From the NCBI GenBank assembly GCA_019751815.1, contig JAIEMW010000001.1, positions 65,564-129,563 on the forward strand: DNA of 64,000 bases, in the 5' to 3' direction. Source of the DNA: Cyanobacteriota bacterium. Lineage in GTDB: Bacteria; Cyanobacteriota; Vampirovibrionia; Vampirovibrionales; Vampirovibrionaceae. The position numbers and the translations under genes are program-made. Positions 1 to 9,105 of this stretch are shown in pieces. A model generated the notes under the pieces. The model was not told where the DNA came from and did not search any database. It was given only the letters and a program-made list of their open reading frames with translations. The stretch's first letter is position 1. The number at the start of each line of letters is the position of its first letter.

Positions 1-455
1 GCAGAATCAGCACTGTCTTTTTCATGCTGGAGATTGACGGAAGATTCCCTATTTATAGCCCTCTGACTGGCATCACGAAGCTCATTTTGGATTGAAGCAA
101 ATAAACGAAACAAATTGTCTCTGGGGATAAAATCATGGGCCCCTGCTTTCATGGCGGCAACAATATCCATACCTGCTACTGGAGATGAGATCACAATAAA
201 TGGTATATCAACAGCCTGTTTCTTTAGAATATGAAGGGCATCTAACACACTGAACGAAGTCAGTGTATAGTCTGATAATATTAAGTCCCACTTTTGATGG
301 ATAATCTTTTGCTCAAACTGAGCAGACTGACTTACACGTTCATAGGTAATATTCGGAATCTCTTTTTCAATTCGTTTCACTATGGACTCTGCATCATCCT
401 GTGAATCTTCTATAAGCAGAATTTTCAGTGAACGAGTCGTAGTGTCTTGAACCAA
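1..455 (-). CDS. response regulator receiver (CheY-like) domain protein, N-terminal part only; the gene continues past the window start
   Basis: Manual minus-strand translation gives ...TTRSLKILLIEDSQDDAESIVKRIEKEIPNITYERVSQSAQFEQKIIHQKWDLILSDYTLTSFSVLDALHILKKQAVDIPFIVISSPVAGMDIVAAMKAGAHDFIPRDNLF..., a canonical receiver fold (acidic pocket, LILSD phospho-Asp, KAGAxDFI). There is no in-frame ATG, which explains its absence from the ORF track; the start is probably TTG near 455. Confidence 0.55.
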   Translation of the reverse strand, partial: MVQDTTTRSLKILLIEDSQDDAESIVKRIEKEIPNITYERVSQSAQFEQKIIHQKWDLILSDYTLTSFSVLDALHILKKQAVDIPFIVISSPVAGMDIVAAMKAGAHDFIPRDNLFRLFASIQNELRDASQRAINRESSVNLQHEKDSADS

Positions 456-799
456 CCTAGTATCTTCAAGGACTTGTAACACAAGACTTTCTCCGTTCGG
501 ATCCGGCGTATATTTTTTATGATGGGAACACAACTTATTTAAACAAATACCATAAAATAAAAGTACAAGCATTTTATAAACACGTTTACGTTACAAACAA
601 ACTTTGCTTCACATCTGTTTTAGCGGCGTATAAACAAACCCACTTTATCCCCTCGAATAAGACAGGGCTTGAAATAATTAGGAGATGATCTCTTAAAGAA
701 GAGACCATCCCCTATCTTAGTTTAGTGATAGTAGTGACGCTAGGTCGCAATATCTTACCAACTATCCATAGGATACTGAGAACAATAACTCAGCTATCC

Positions 800-1513
800 C
801 TACTGTTGCTTTTCTTGAGCTTTTACCAGGTTTTCTTTGGCAACACTGACTTGCACCGCTTTTCTTAGATTCACCATCATGACCGAGGTTTCTCCACGAG
901 TGGCTTTTCTGTTTGGTTCAAGCATATTCTCACGCGAAGGTGAATTCGCAGAAATATGGGTATAAACAGCTTTAGCCACAGATTTTCGTGCCCATTCAGG
1001 AACTTTCTCTGAGTCGCTATAGGTCGACAGCACTTCTTCTGAGTTGACCGTGGCGGGTACAGCTAAATGTCCGGAATTTGACAGAATGGACATTACTTCG
1101 CTACGGGTGATGTATCGATTGGGCATAAATAAATCACCTGGGTAGCCTTTCATCAGTTGAGCTTCCGTCACAGCACGGATAGATGCAGAGGCCCATTTAC
1201 CTGTTTTGACGTCCTTGAAAATGGGTGCGTCACTTGAGAGTGTGACCGGTAGATTTAACATCTTTGCCAAACTAACAGCAAATTCACCCCGGGTAATTGA
1301 ATTTTCAGGGCGGAAACTCCCATCGGTATAACCATTGATTATGTTTTCGCTGCTGAGGTTTTGTATATCCTGATTAGCCCAGTGATTGTTGGTATCATTA
1401 AATGCAAATGCACGCAGCCCAGTAAACTGAACTCCCAGCATCAGTGTTGAGGCTAGTAGCCCTTTAACAATATTGATTTTATTTTTCATATCTATTCTCC
1501 TTGGTGCTTTCAA
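800..1513 (-). CDS. S-layer homology (SLH) domain protein with N-terminal signal peptide
   Basis: Three SLH-type repeats: NGYTDGSFRPENSITRGEFAVSLAKML, MKGYPGDLFMPNRYITRSEVMSIL and EPNRKATRGETSVMMVNL. The N-terminus is hydrophobic, signal-like. Confidence 0.72.
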   Translation of the reverse strand: MKAPRRIDMKNKINIVKGLLASTLMLGVQFTGLRAFAFNDTNNHWANQDIQNLSSENIINGYTDGSFRPENSITRGEFAVSLAKMLNLPVTLSSDAPIFKDVKTGKWASASIRAVTEAQLMKGYPGDLFMPNRYITRSEVMSILSNSGHLAVPATVNSEEVLSTYSDSEKVPEWARKSVAKAVYTHISANSPSRENMLEPNRKATRGETSVMMVNLRKAVQVSVAKENLVKAQEKQQ

Positions 1514-1746
1514 AACAATATGTAGACTCTATTAGAACAGAATCTTGACTGACTCTAGCCAAAGCACTGACTTGAAAGTATCAGGCATGTGTCTATAAAT
1601 ATTGACTGTGTGAGAGGTGATAACAATGCTAGACACTTGGCTAATTGATCCCATAAATGGATTGTCTCTATAGTGAGTCAAGCGAGTTAAAAGAGTAGTC
1701 AGACTTTTAACTTGATTCCGTATTATTTTTTAAAGGAGATAACACC

Positions 1747-1974
1747 ATGAGTACCGATGCTAAAACACAACCTAAAAATGATTTTGGTAAACTGAAAAGT
1801 CAGTTGAGAAAAAAATACACAAAACTGGAAGATAGTGATTTTATCAGTTTTGAAAATGAAAAAGAATGGGGCACGAAACAAGACGATAAGCTGTTAGAAA
1901 TGCTTCAAAAAAAGACGGGTCAAACCATTGAAGTTCTGAGACGTGATTTACACGATATCAGTAAGACCAATTAA
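1747..1974 (+). CDS. small charged hypothetical protein, possibly CsbD/YjbJ-like general-stress type
   Basis: 75-aa Lys/Glu/Asp-rich ORF with a plausible RBS (aaaggagat) 6 nt upstream. The functional assignment is weak. Confidence 0.4.
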   Translation: MSTDAKTQPKNDFGKLKSQLRKKYTKLEDSDFISFENEKEWGTKQDDKLLEMLQKKTGQTIEVLRRDLHDISKTN

Positions 1975-2050
1975 TAACTTTCTAATTGTATTTATGTTCC
2001 CCCCTCTTTTGTTGACTGTTACGTTCAACACGAGAGGGGGACTATCAAAA

Positions 2051-2215
2051 ATGGAGTACACAACCATGTTATGGACAATTTTTACCATTCTGTTGATTTT
2101 ATGGCTTTTAGGTATGGTGAGTTCGTATACACTGGGCGGGTTTATCCATATTTTGCTTTTGATGGCAATCGCTGTCATGTTGATTCGGATCATTCAAGGG
2201 CGGAAACCGGCTTAG
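2051..2215 (+). CDS. lmo0937-family small membrane protein
   Basis: MEYTTMLWTIFTILLILWLLGMVSSYTLGGFIHILLLMAIAVMLIRIIQGRKPA matches the two-TM MLWTI..LLxLWLLG..GGxIHxLLV..A pattern of that family. The longer upstream ORF is probably an artefact. Confidence 0.6.
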   Translation: MEYTTMLWTIFTILLILWLLGMVSSYTLGGFIHILLLMAIAVMLIRIIQGRKPA

Positions 2216-2257
2216 GTGTATGATGTGTTTGCAAGGTAATAGAAATGAGTTAAGGCC

Positions 2258-2956
2258 ATGACCTCACCGGCATCTTCAAACCCATCGCCGTCAAGAATAA
2301 AAATTGTCTATGTGGAAGACTATCAATTGGTTCGCGTAGGCATCGCTGCCTATCTCAATAGCTTAAGCGATATTGAAGTGGTTGCTCAGGCAGATTCTGC
2401 GGAAGCTGGGCTGATCCATGTTGATTATTTTAAACCAGATATTGTTCTGATGGATTTGGGGCTGCCTAAAATGAATGGTATTGAAGCCACCCGGCTCATC
2501 AAAAATAAGCATCCTGATATCAAAGTCATTATTCTGACTTCGCATCAGACCGAGGAGTCTGTGATTGCAGCCCTGGGTGCTGGTGCTAATGCATATTGCC
2601 TCAAAGATATCACCACTGAACGCTTGGTGGAAGTGATCCACTCCGTCATGGATGGAGCCGCTTGGCTTGATCCCACTATTGCCCAAATAGCATTGTCTAT
2701 TTATGCGGACCAAAATATTACCAGTCGATATGGAAATAATAAAGAAAACTTTTCCCTGGGTGAACGAGAGCACGAAGTGCTTCGTTTACTGACATTGGGA
2801 AACAACAATAACGAGATAGCAGCTCAGCTTTTTGTCAGTGTTCATACTGTAAAATCACAGGTAAGTACTATTTTACAAAAACTTTCTGTCCACGACCGTG
2901 TTCAAGCAGCTGTTAAAGCAGTTACTTGTGGGTTAGTTTCACTAGAGCCGCAATAA
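2258..2956 (+). CDS. two-component response regulator, NarL/FixJ (LuxR-type HTH) family
   Basis: Receiver motifs (IVYVEDYQLVRVGI, IVLMDLGLPKMNG, KVIILTSH) plus a C-terminal LuxR HTH (EREHEVLRLLTLGNNNNEIAAQLFVSVHTVKSQVSTILQKLSV). Confidence 0.88.
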   Translation: MTSPASSNPSPSRIKIVYVEDYQLVRVGIAAYLNSLSDIEVVAQADSAEAGLIHVDYFKPDIVLMDLGLPKMNGIEATRLIKNKHPDIKVIILTSHQTEESVIAALGAGANAYCLKDITTERLVEVIHSVMDGAAWLDPTIAQIALSIYADQNITSRYGNNKENFSLGEREHEVLRLLTLGNNNNEIAAQLFVSVHTVKSQVSTILQKLSVHDRVQAAVKAVTCGLVSLEPQ

Positions 2957-2974
2957 AAATAGAGGAGATAAGCC

Positions 2975-3277
2975 ATGATCAATAGACGAAATTTATTATT
3001 GAGTGGAACTTTGTTGATTTTGCTGACGATCGGATGGTCCCTGCCACTTCCGCAAAACCAAAGCGCGGTCTATGCGTCAACACGACATAAAAAAACATAT
3101 TTTCAACGACATCCTTACCAAAAAACAGGTTTGATTGGGGGCGGTATAGGTGCTGTTGCAGGAGGTGTCCTTTCTGGAAGAAGACACAGAAAGGGAAATA
3201 TTATTAAAGGGGCCGCTTTGGGTGGAGCTGCAGGTCTTGGCTACCAGTATCTCAAAAGAAAAGATTCACTGCGTTAG
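2975..3277 (+). CDS. glycine-zipper (Rick_17kDa/YMGG-like) small membrane or lipoprotein
   Basis: N-terminal hydrophobic segment followed by GLIGGGIGAVAGGVLSG...GAALGGAAGLGYQY glycine-zipper repeats. Confidence 0.45.
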   Translation: MINRRNLLLSGTLLILLTIGWSLPLPQNQSAVYASTRHKKTYFQRHPYQKTGLIGGGIGAVAGGVLSGRRHRKGNIIKGAALGGAAGLGYQYLKRKDSLR

Positions 3278-3278
3278 A

Positions 3279-3707
3279 CTAAGGTAGTTTGAGGACTTCT
3301 TCTAAAATTTGTTTTTCATCACTCTCACTCAGTCCAGCTTGAATTTGGCACATAAAACTTTCGTAGGGTTGCTCAATGTAAGCCTTAAATTTATCTCTCA
3401 GTTTGATAAGCTCTTCTCTATAACGTTTTTCTTCCACATGGAGCATAATGATATTCTCATAAAGAACCACCATTGCGTCATGGGTCAGCTCAAATTTATG
3501 GTACCGAGTTTTGTATAATGGGTGTTCTACAAGGACATGTTGCACAATGGAAGCCTGATTTCTAAAAAAGGTGTTCAATTGAGTAAATACCAGTGTAGAC
3601 CGGACCAATCGCTGTTCCAGTGTTAAGGTTGGAAATTTATCAATCAATTCGCTGAGAAGCAGGTCGATTGAATCTGCTTGTGCCAGCGCTGTATTCACAA
3701 GTGTCAT
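3279..3707 (-). CDS. hypothetical protein
   Basis: 142-aa ORF with no recognisable motif. It is tightly packed between neighbouring genes. Confidence 0.4.
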   Translation of the reverse strand: MTLVNTALAQADSIDLLLSELIDKFPTLTLEQRLVRSTLVFTQLNTFFRNQASIVQHVLVEHPLYKTRYHKFELTHDAMVVLYENIIMLHVEEKRYREELIKLRDKFKAYIEQPYESFMCQIQAGLSESDEKQILEEVLKLP

Positions 3708-3749
3708 TTTTAGAACCTCTTAATACCAGAGTTTACTAAAAGGTAATGC

Positions 3750-4031
3750 TTAATCAGTGGTGGTTGTCGTTGTTTTGGTTGTTTCTGTGTGATCAGCATG
3801 ACTAGACCCAGAAAAACCATGAATAAAGCCACTAAACATGCCTGTTACGGCTCCAATCGGAGCACCTATAACACCACCAACAACTCGAACGGGTAATAGA
3901 ATCACTTCTGCTACCGGATTGCTATAGGATTTTTCTGTTTTCGTTTTTTCAATCGTGACTTCACTGGCCAAAACTAAGGAGCTATTGACGATTAAGGAGA
4001 AAAAACTCAGAAAAAGTAATATCTTACGCAT
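3750..4031 (-). CDS. small secreted glycine-zipper protein
   Basis: Signal peptide MRKILLFLSFFSLIVNSSLVLASE, then GGVIGAPIGAVTGMFSGFIHGFSG, then a poly-Thr tail. Confidence 0.4.
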   Translation of the reverse strand: MRKILLFLSFFSLIVNSSLVLASEVTIEKTKTEKSYSNPVAEVILLPVRVVGGVIGAPIGAVTGMFSGFIHGFSGSSHADHTETTKTTTTTTD

Positions 4032-4272
4032 TTCAGACTTCCTTTATTCTAATGACTAATAGTGTGACTAACCATAGCTTATCGTAATAGCGATTAAGTA
4101 CAATTAGCCATGTATTTATACATTGTCATTTTATAACCATCATTTTTAAAAATAATATTTCTTAGAATAGTTGTCGATAGAATCCCTCTTTTAGAGTGAA
4201 TTTTGAGAAAAATGGAGAATAACACTTTTAAGTGAGTATTCTCCATTTAGACTTTTTATAATCAGCTCATTA

Positions 4273-4791
4273 TTAGGCCGGGACTCTATCTAGTTCTATC
4301 ACTTCCTCAAATTGTCTGACAAGTTCTTTTGCTTTTAGCGCCTCGGCTGCTGTGCCATGAACAATTAGCATGAATTTATCGGCTTTAATTTCTGTTTCGT
4401 ATCGAATGACTGTATCCTCAGGAATACCGAGACTTACGAGTGCTGCACCCAGTGCATTCAGACCGCCTACAATAGCAGCTCCTTCTAAAGCACCGACCAT
4501 GACTGCCAAAATTGGTCCAGCAATAAACACGGAACCTACCACTGGAATAAAAAAGAGGCCAGAACCCAAAAAAGCACCAAAAATACCACCCCAAAAAGCC
4601 CCCAGTTTTCCCCAGGCCAGAACCCGATCACCCGTATTGACATACCCGATAACATGCTCATTGGTATGATAGTCTTTTCCCAGGATAGAGAGCTTTTTCA
4701 TATCAAAGCCATCTTTCTGGAGCTCTTTGATGGCATCCTCTGCATCGATATGTGAGTTAAAAATGGCTATGGCAATCGCTTTGGGTTTCAT
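4273..4791 (-). CDS. YflT/DUF1269-like general stress membrane protein
   Basis: N-terminal soluble domain (AIAIFNSHIDAEDAIKELQKDGF) followed by a glycine-rich TM region (GAFWGGIFGAFLGSG...VGALEGAAIVGGLNALGAAL). Start taken at MKPKAIAI. Confidence 0.45.
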   Translation of the reverse strand: MKPKAIAIAIFNSHIDAEDAIKELQKDGFDMKKLSILGKDYHTNEHVIGYVNTGDRVLAWGKLGAFWGGIFGAFLGSGLFFIPVVGSVFIAGPILAVMVGALEGAAIVGGLNALGAALVSLGIPEDTVIRYETEIKADKFMLIVHGTAAEALKAKELVRQFEEVIELDRVPA

Positions 4792-5143
4792 TACAGGACC
4801 TACTTTCTGAATACAAATGCTCATTTGAGAATTGTTTCATCCACCCAGCACTTGTTAATAAAATTAAGTTTCGAGTAAAGAGTGCCGAGTTGAGTTTACA
4901 CTAGTTCTAGATGACAAAATCTAGTGGGTTTAACATACCTATTAGTTTGTTAAATTACTCATTAATATCCTAGAATTAACAATTGAACCTACCCATCCGC
5001 CATGTGGCTAAAAAGAGAAGAAAATTGTCTATTGAGGATTGATATTATTTTCTAACAACGGAAAAAATTCCTTGAGTCTGTAGCAACAGTTGATTAAAAT
5101 AGACTGGCGTAACCTTGTACTTATAAAGTTGGAAACTGATTTT

Positions 5144-6289
5144 ATGTCTGTTTTTACTGACCATGAGAAAGAGCATTACAGTCGCCATTTGAGTTTGACA
5201 GGGTTTGGTGAAGACCGACAAATCCTGCTTAAACAATCACGTGTTCTATTGGTCGGAGCAGGGGGCCTTGGTTGTCCAGCTGGTCTTTACCTCGCCGCCT
5301 CAGGGGTTGGTAAAATCGGCGTGATAGATTTCGATACTGTAGAGCGGTCTAATCTACAAAGACAAATCGCACATAGTGTCCATGATCTCCATCGATCCAA
5401 GGTAGATAGCTTGATTGATTCTATGCAAAGCGTGAATCCCTGGATTACCTACTCTGGGTACCGTAATAAATTGGCAGTTGACAATATTGAACAGATATTA
5501 CCAGAGTACGATTTGATTTTGGACGGTTCTGATAATTTCTCTACTCGCTTTTTACTCACAGATGCATGTTATTTAATGAAAAAACCCTTGATTCAAGCGG
5601 CTGTTTTCGAGACCGAAGGACAGTTAAGTTTCTGTCTGCCGGGTCATGGGCCTTGTTACCGATGCCTGTTTGAATCGAGGCCTAAGGGAGAAGCATTACC
5701 CAATTGTTCAGACATTGGGGTGCTTTCTGTGCTGCCTGGTACCATGGGGTTACTGATGGCAACAGAAGCCATTAAGTTTATCACCGGATGGGGGGAAACA
5801 CTGGAGAAAAAATTTATTCGTTATAATGCACTGACCAGTTCGATGAAAACTTACCACAATGTGAATAATCCAGACTGTCCGCTCTGCGGTAATAACCCTA
5901 AAATACAGAATTTAAACTCATATCAACAAACCATGGATTCTTCTTTTTGCGGTGAATCGATCACACTTTCGATTGCCCAATTACTGTCGATGGAGTCGTT
6001 GCAGCCTGTTTTTCTGGATGTTCGATCGCAAGCAGAATATGAACGTCTGCATAAACCGGGTGCGATTCATTGCCCATTAGACAATCTCTCCCAAGAAAAA
6101 ACCAAGAAATTGCTTTCAGAATTACCTGAAAAGACTATCATTATTACATACTGCCAAAAAGGACTTCGTAGTTTGCAGGCAGCTCAGATGTTAAAAACTT
6201 GGGGGTGGGATCGAGTGTTTTCTCTCGATGGCGGACTTAATCAATTATCCGAGACTGAAAAATCTTGGTTTTTAGATACAGCTTTGTAA
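5144..6289 (+). CDS. ThiF/MoeB-family adenylyltransferase with C-terminal rhodanese domain (MoeZ-type); probable ThiS-activating enzyme
   Basis: HYSRHLSLTGFGEDRQ..VLLVGAGGLGCPAGLYLAASGVGKIGVIDFDTVERSNLQRQ Rossmann/E1 motif, CYRC..C..LCG zinc-finger cysteines, and a C-terminal rhodanese region (VFLDVRSQAEYE...ITYCQKGLRS). It converges on the thi operon. Confidence 0.85.
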   Translation: MSVFTDHEKEHYSRHLSLTGFGEDRQILLKQSRVLLVGAGGLGCPAGLYLAASGVGKIGVIDFDTVERSNLQRQIAHSVHDLHRSKVDSLIDSMQSVNPWITYSGYRNKLAVDNIEQILPEYDLILDGSDNFSTRFLLTDACYLMKKPLIQAAVFETEGQLSFCLPGHGPCYRCLFESRPKGEALPNCSDIGVLSVLPGTMGLLMATEAIKFITGWGETLEKKFIRYNALTSSMKTYHNVNNPDCPLCGNNPKIQNLNSYQQTMDSSFCGESITLSIAQLLSMESLQPVFLDVRSQAEYERLHKPGAIHCPLDNLSQEKTKKLLSELPEKTIIITYCQKGLRSLQAAQMLKTWGWDRVFSLDGGLNQLSETEKSWFLDTAL

Positions 6290-6425
6290 GCACTTCTTGT
6301 AAGCACCTAATGAAAAATGATTATGAGTCATTATTTCTGTGATTATTTTTCTTGATGACAGAAAGGTGTGCCGAGCACAGGCGTGCTGGGACTGGCCAGA
6401 TCCCGCGTTTGCATCGGGCCAGCCT
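6121..6425. repeat. direct repeat copy 1 (305 bp): 3' end of the thiF-like gene, the convergent intergenic spacer, and a degraded 3' end of thiG
   Basis: About 97% identical to 7866..8170 on manual alignment, with roughly 10 substitutions or indels over 305 nt. Confidence 0.9.
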
Positions 6426-6540
6426 TCGTTGAAGGCAGGTATTGAAGGGACGATCCCTTTGCTGCTTCAAGTTTTTTGAAACACTTCTTTCCAGCGTATC
6501 CCAAATGTGGACATAAAAATTAGAGGTGTAAGTATTTTGT

Positions 6541-6569
6541 TTGACATCGGAGTCTGTGAATTGTAAAAT
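6541..6569 (+). promoter_or_regulatory. sigma70-type promoter: TTGACA, 17-nt spacer, TAAAAT
   Basis: ttgacaTCGGAGTCTGTGAATTGtaaaat lies about 55 nt upstream of the DUF417 start. It is a perfect -35 with a near-consensus -10. Confidence 0.5.
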
Positions 6570-6623
6570 CGGTCCCTTGTCTAGCGTGAATTTTTTCCGA
6601 TTTTTCATCTTATAAATAGGAGT

Positions 6624-7160
6624 GTGTTTTCAATGAAACTACTTGCTCAAGCACTGGAAACAGTGTTTACTGGTCGCTTTGGTCAATCTTTTGCCACTTT
6701 TTCGCACTTGTTGATGTATCTCTCTTTGGCCATTATCTTTTTCTGGATTGGATGCATGAAATTTACGGCCTACGAGGCTGAAGGCATCAAGGGACTGGTG
6801 ACTAACAGCTATCTTATCTCCTGGATGTATCGGTTCCTTGATGTACAGAGCTTTTCCAACTTTCTCGGTGTGGTTGAAATCACCATTGGTGCGCTGATTG
6901 TGGGGCGTTTGATTTCACCAGTACTTTCTTTTGTTGGCGGTGGTTTGTCGGCAGGGTTGTTTTTCACCACCCTGTTCATGATTGTCACTGTTCCGGGCGT
7001 ATTTGAGCCGAGTGCTGGTGGTTTTCCTGCACTCTCAGTGGTTCCGGGACAATTTTTATTAAAAGATATTGGACTGATGGCCATTGCGCTGTTTATTATG
7101 CTGGACAGTGCCCAGACTATCACGCGTGGGTCTGCTTCCTATCCGTTTGGCCAAGAATAA
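6624..7160 (+). CDS. DUF417 (YkgB/RclC-like) inner-membrane protein
   Basis: 178-aa four-TM protein. LAIIFFWIGCMKFTAYEAEGIKGLV...ISW is characteristic of the DUF417 family. It lies inside the repeat-bracketed insert. Confidence 0.6.
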   Translation: MFSMKLLAQALETVFTGRFGQSFATFSHLLMYLSLAIIFFWIGCMKFTAYEAEGIKGLVTNSYLISWMYRFLDVQSFSNFLGVVEITIGALIVGRLISPVLSFVGGGLSAGLFFTTLFMIVTVPGVFEPSAGGFPALSVVPGQFLLKDIGLMAIALFIMLDSAQTITRGSASYPFGQE

Positions 7161-7315
7161 GTTTCCACTAGAGTATAGTATATGATGGGGTTTGCTACTT
7201 GCTAAATCGTCTTTTCCTAAAGTTTCTTATCGTTCTCCTGCTTGGGCTTCCCATGGTCACTGGTGTATTTGCGAACCCAGGGCATGGTATGTGAGACACA
7301 AAACCGTCCAGGTAG

Positions 7316-7860
7316 GTGAGCACACTAACTTTTTACCGCGAGGCAGAGTCTTCTGGCAAGCCAGTTATTCTCTTGCTGCACGGCTATCCGACTTCTTCTT
7401 ATACGTATCGTGACTTGATGCGTGAATTGGGGAATGAATACCACCTCATTGTGCCGGACATGCCGGGTTTTGGTCGCACGTCGTTATTGCTTCGCAGCCA
7501 GTTTCCCTATACTTTTGAAAATCACTACAAAGTGCTGAACGGGTTTGTTGAAAAGCTGGGCTTGAAACGTTACACCTTGTATATTATGGACTACGTGCAC
7601 CGGTTGGCCTTCGTCTTGCCAGCGTAACCCGGAGCGTGTAACAGCCATCATTACCCAAAACGGTAACGCTTATCAAGAAGGCTTTGATCAGCAGAGCGAG
7701 CCGATGTGTTTGCTTATTGGCAGAGTAGCTCACAGGCTGATCGCGACAAATTGAGGTCGGCTAATCAGGAAGCCGGTATCTAATTGTGACAGGTATTCTC
7801 AAAGCCAACTTGGCAGGAATTAGCCCGGAATCATGGGAGATTGATTCTCATAACATGGCT
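7316..7860 (+). pseudogene. alpha/beta-hydrolase (haloalkane-dehalogenase/epoxide-hydrolase-like) gene fragment, frameshifted and truncated
   Basis: N-terminus GKPVILLLHGYPTSSYTYRDLMRELGNEYHLIVPDMPGFGRTS is typical of an alpha/beta hydrolase. The frame breaks near 7627. A shifted frame continues PERVTAIITQNGNAYQEGFDQQSEP..., and there is no catalytic C-terminus. Confidence 0.55.
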
Positions 7861-7865
7861 TCGCC

Positions 7866-8170
7866 ATTACCTGAAAAGACTATCATTATTACATACTGCC
7901 AAAAAGGACTTCGCAGTTTGCAGGCAGCTCAAATGTTAAAAACTTTGGGGTGAGATCGAGTGTTTTCTTTCGATGGCGGACTTAATCAATTATCCGAGAC
8001 AGAAAAATCTTGGTTTTTAGATACAGCCTTGTAAGCACTTCTAGTAAGCACTTAATGAAAAATGATTATGAGTCATTATTTCTGTGATTATTTTTCTTGA
8101 TGCCAGAAAGGTGTGCCGGGCACAGGCGTGCTGGGACTGGCCAGATCCCGCGTTTGCATCGGACCTGCCT
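7866..8170. repeat. direct repeat copy 2 (305 bp): degraded 3' end of the thiF-like gene (premature stop ...MLKTLG*) plus the intact 3' end of thiG
   Basis: Aligns to 6121..6425. The thiF-derived part carries a frameshift and stop, while the thiG part matches the reading frame of the intact thiG. Confidence 0.9.
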
Positions 8171-8867
8171 CATAAGCCAGTCGGCCTGCCTCGATGGCTT
8201 GTTTAAATCCCTCTGCCATTTGAACCGGATTTTTTGCCAGAGCAACGGCTGAATTTAATAAAACAGCATCGTAGCCCATCTCCATTACACTGGCTGCGTG
8301 TGACGGCAGGCCAATACCTGCGTCTATAATTAAAGGAGTGTTAGGAAGTCGCTCGCGTAATATTTTTAAAGCATAGGGGTTACTCGGGCCGCGTCCTGTG
8401 CCAATGGGAGCTGCCCAAGGCATCAAAATATTGCAGCCAATATCCAACAAACGTTGTGCGAGTACCAGATCATCAGTGGTGTAGGGAAAGACCTCAAAAC
8501 CTTCTGCTATAAGGGTTTTTGCTGCCTCTAAGAGGCCAAACGGATCGGGCTGTAAATTCCACTCATCTCCAATAACTTCGAGTTTAATCCAAGAAGTGTT
8601 AAAAATCTCTCTTGCCATGAGTGCTGTTGTAACAGCTTCCTTTGCGGTTTTACACCCAGCCGTGTTGGGTAAAAAACGGAGGCCTAATTCTTGTATTAAC
8701 TCCCAAAAGGCTTTACCAGATTCTGCCGTTTGTCTACGCAGGGATACAGTAACAATCTCTGCCCCACTGGCAATAATGGCTTGCTGCATGATTTCAACTG
8801 AGGGATACAGCGCGGTGCCAATGAGCAGCCGGCTGGTTAGCTGTTCTGATGGAAACGGTGACCACAT
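8088..8867 (-). CDS. thiG: thiazole synthase ThiG
   Basis: Full-length similarity to ThiG: [63 protein letters not shown]. Confidence 0.9.
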   Translation of the reverse strand: MWSPFPSEQLTSRLLIGTALYPSVEIMQQAIIASGAEIVTVSLRRQTAESGKAFWELIQELGLRFLPNTAGCKTAKEAVTTALMAREIFNTSWIKLEVIGDEWNLQPDPFGLLEAAKTLIAEGFEVFPYTTDDLVLAQRLLDIGCNILMPWAAPIGTGRGPSNPYALKILRERLPNTPLIIDAGIGLPSHAASVMEMGYDAVLLNSAVALAKNPVQMAEGFKQAIEAGRLAYEAGPMQTRDLASPSTPVPGTPFWHQEK

Positions 8868-8901
8868 AATGTGTACTTTCTAAATAACATTGATTGACTC
8901 T

Positions 8902-9105
8902 TCATCCGCCCTGCATGGGGGATAAAATTTCGAGTACTTCTTCGGGTTGAACAAGCCGTGAGGAAAAAGTATTGCGAGGGACAAATTCGTTATTGATAGC
9001 GACAGCTACAGACTGGGTTTCATACCCCAAAGATGCTAGTAAAGATTGAATACTGGGACGCTCCTCAATAAGGGTATGAGGCTCCCCATTAACGACGACC
9101 TGCAT
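8902..9105 (-). CDS. thiS: sulfur-carrier protein ThiS
   Basis: MQVVVNGEPHTL...VAVAINNEFVPR...EVLEILSPMQGG: a roughly 67-aa ubiquitin-like protein with a C-terminal GG. It is coupled to thiO and thiG. Confidence 0.75.
   Translation of the reverse strand: MQVVVNGEPHTLIEERPSIQSLLASLGYETQSVAVAINNEFVPRNTFSSRLVQPEEVLEILSPMQGG

Noticed and set aside
6321-6608. 95-aa minus-strand ORF overlapping direct-repeat copy 1
   Set aside because: Its 3' part lies inside the duplicated segment but in a different frame from the genuine thiG C-terminus encoded by copy 2. It has no motif and is probably a chance ORF created by the duplication.
7192-7413. 73-aa ORF upstream of and overlapping the hydrolase fragment
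   Set aside because: No motif, and it overlaps a recognisable alpha/beta-hydrolase N-terminus in another frame. Likely spurious.
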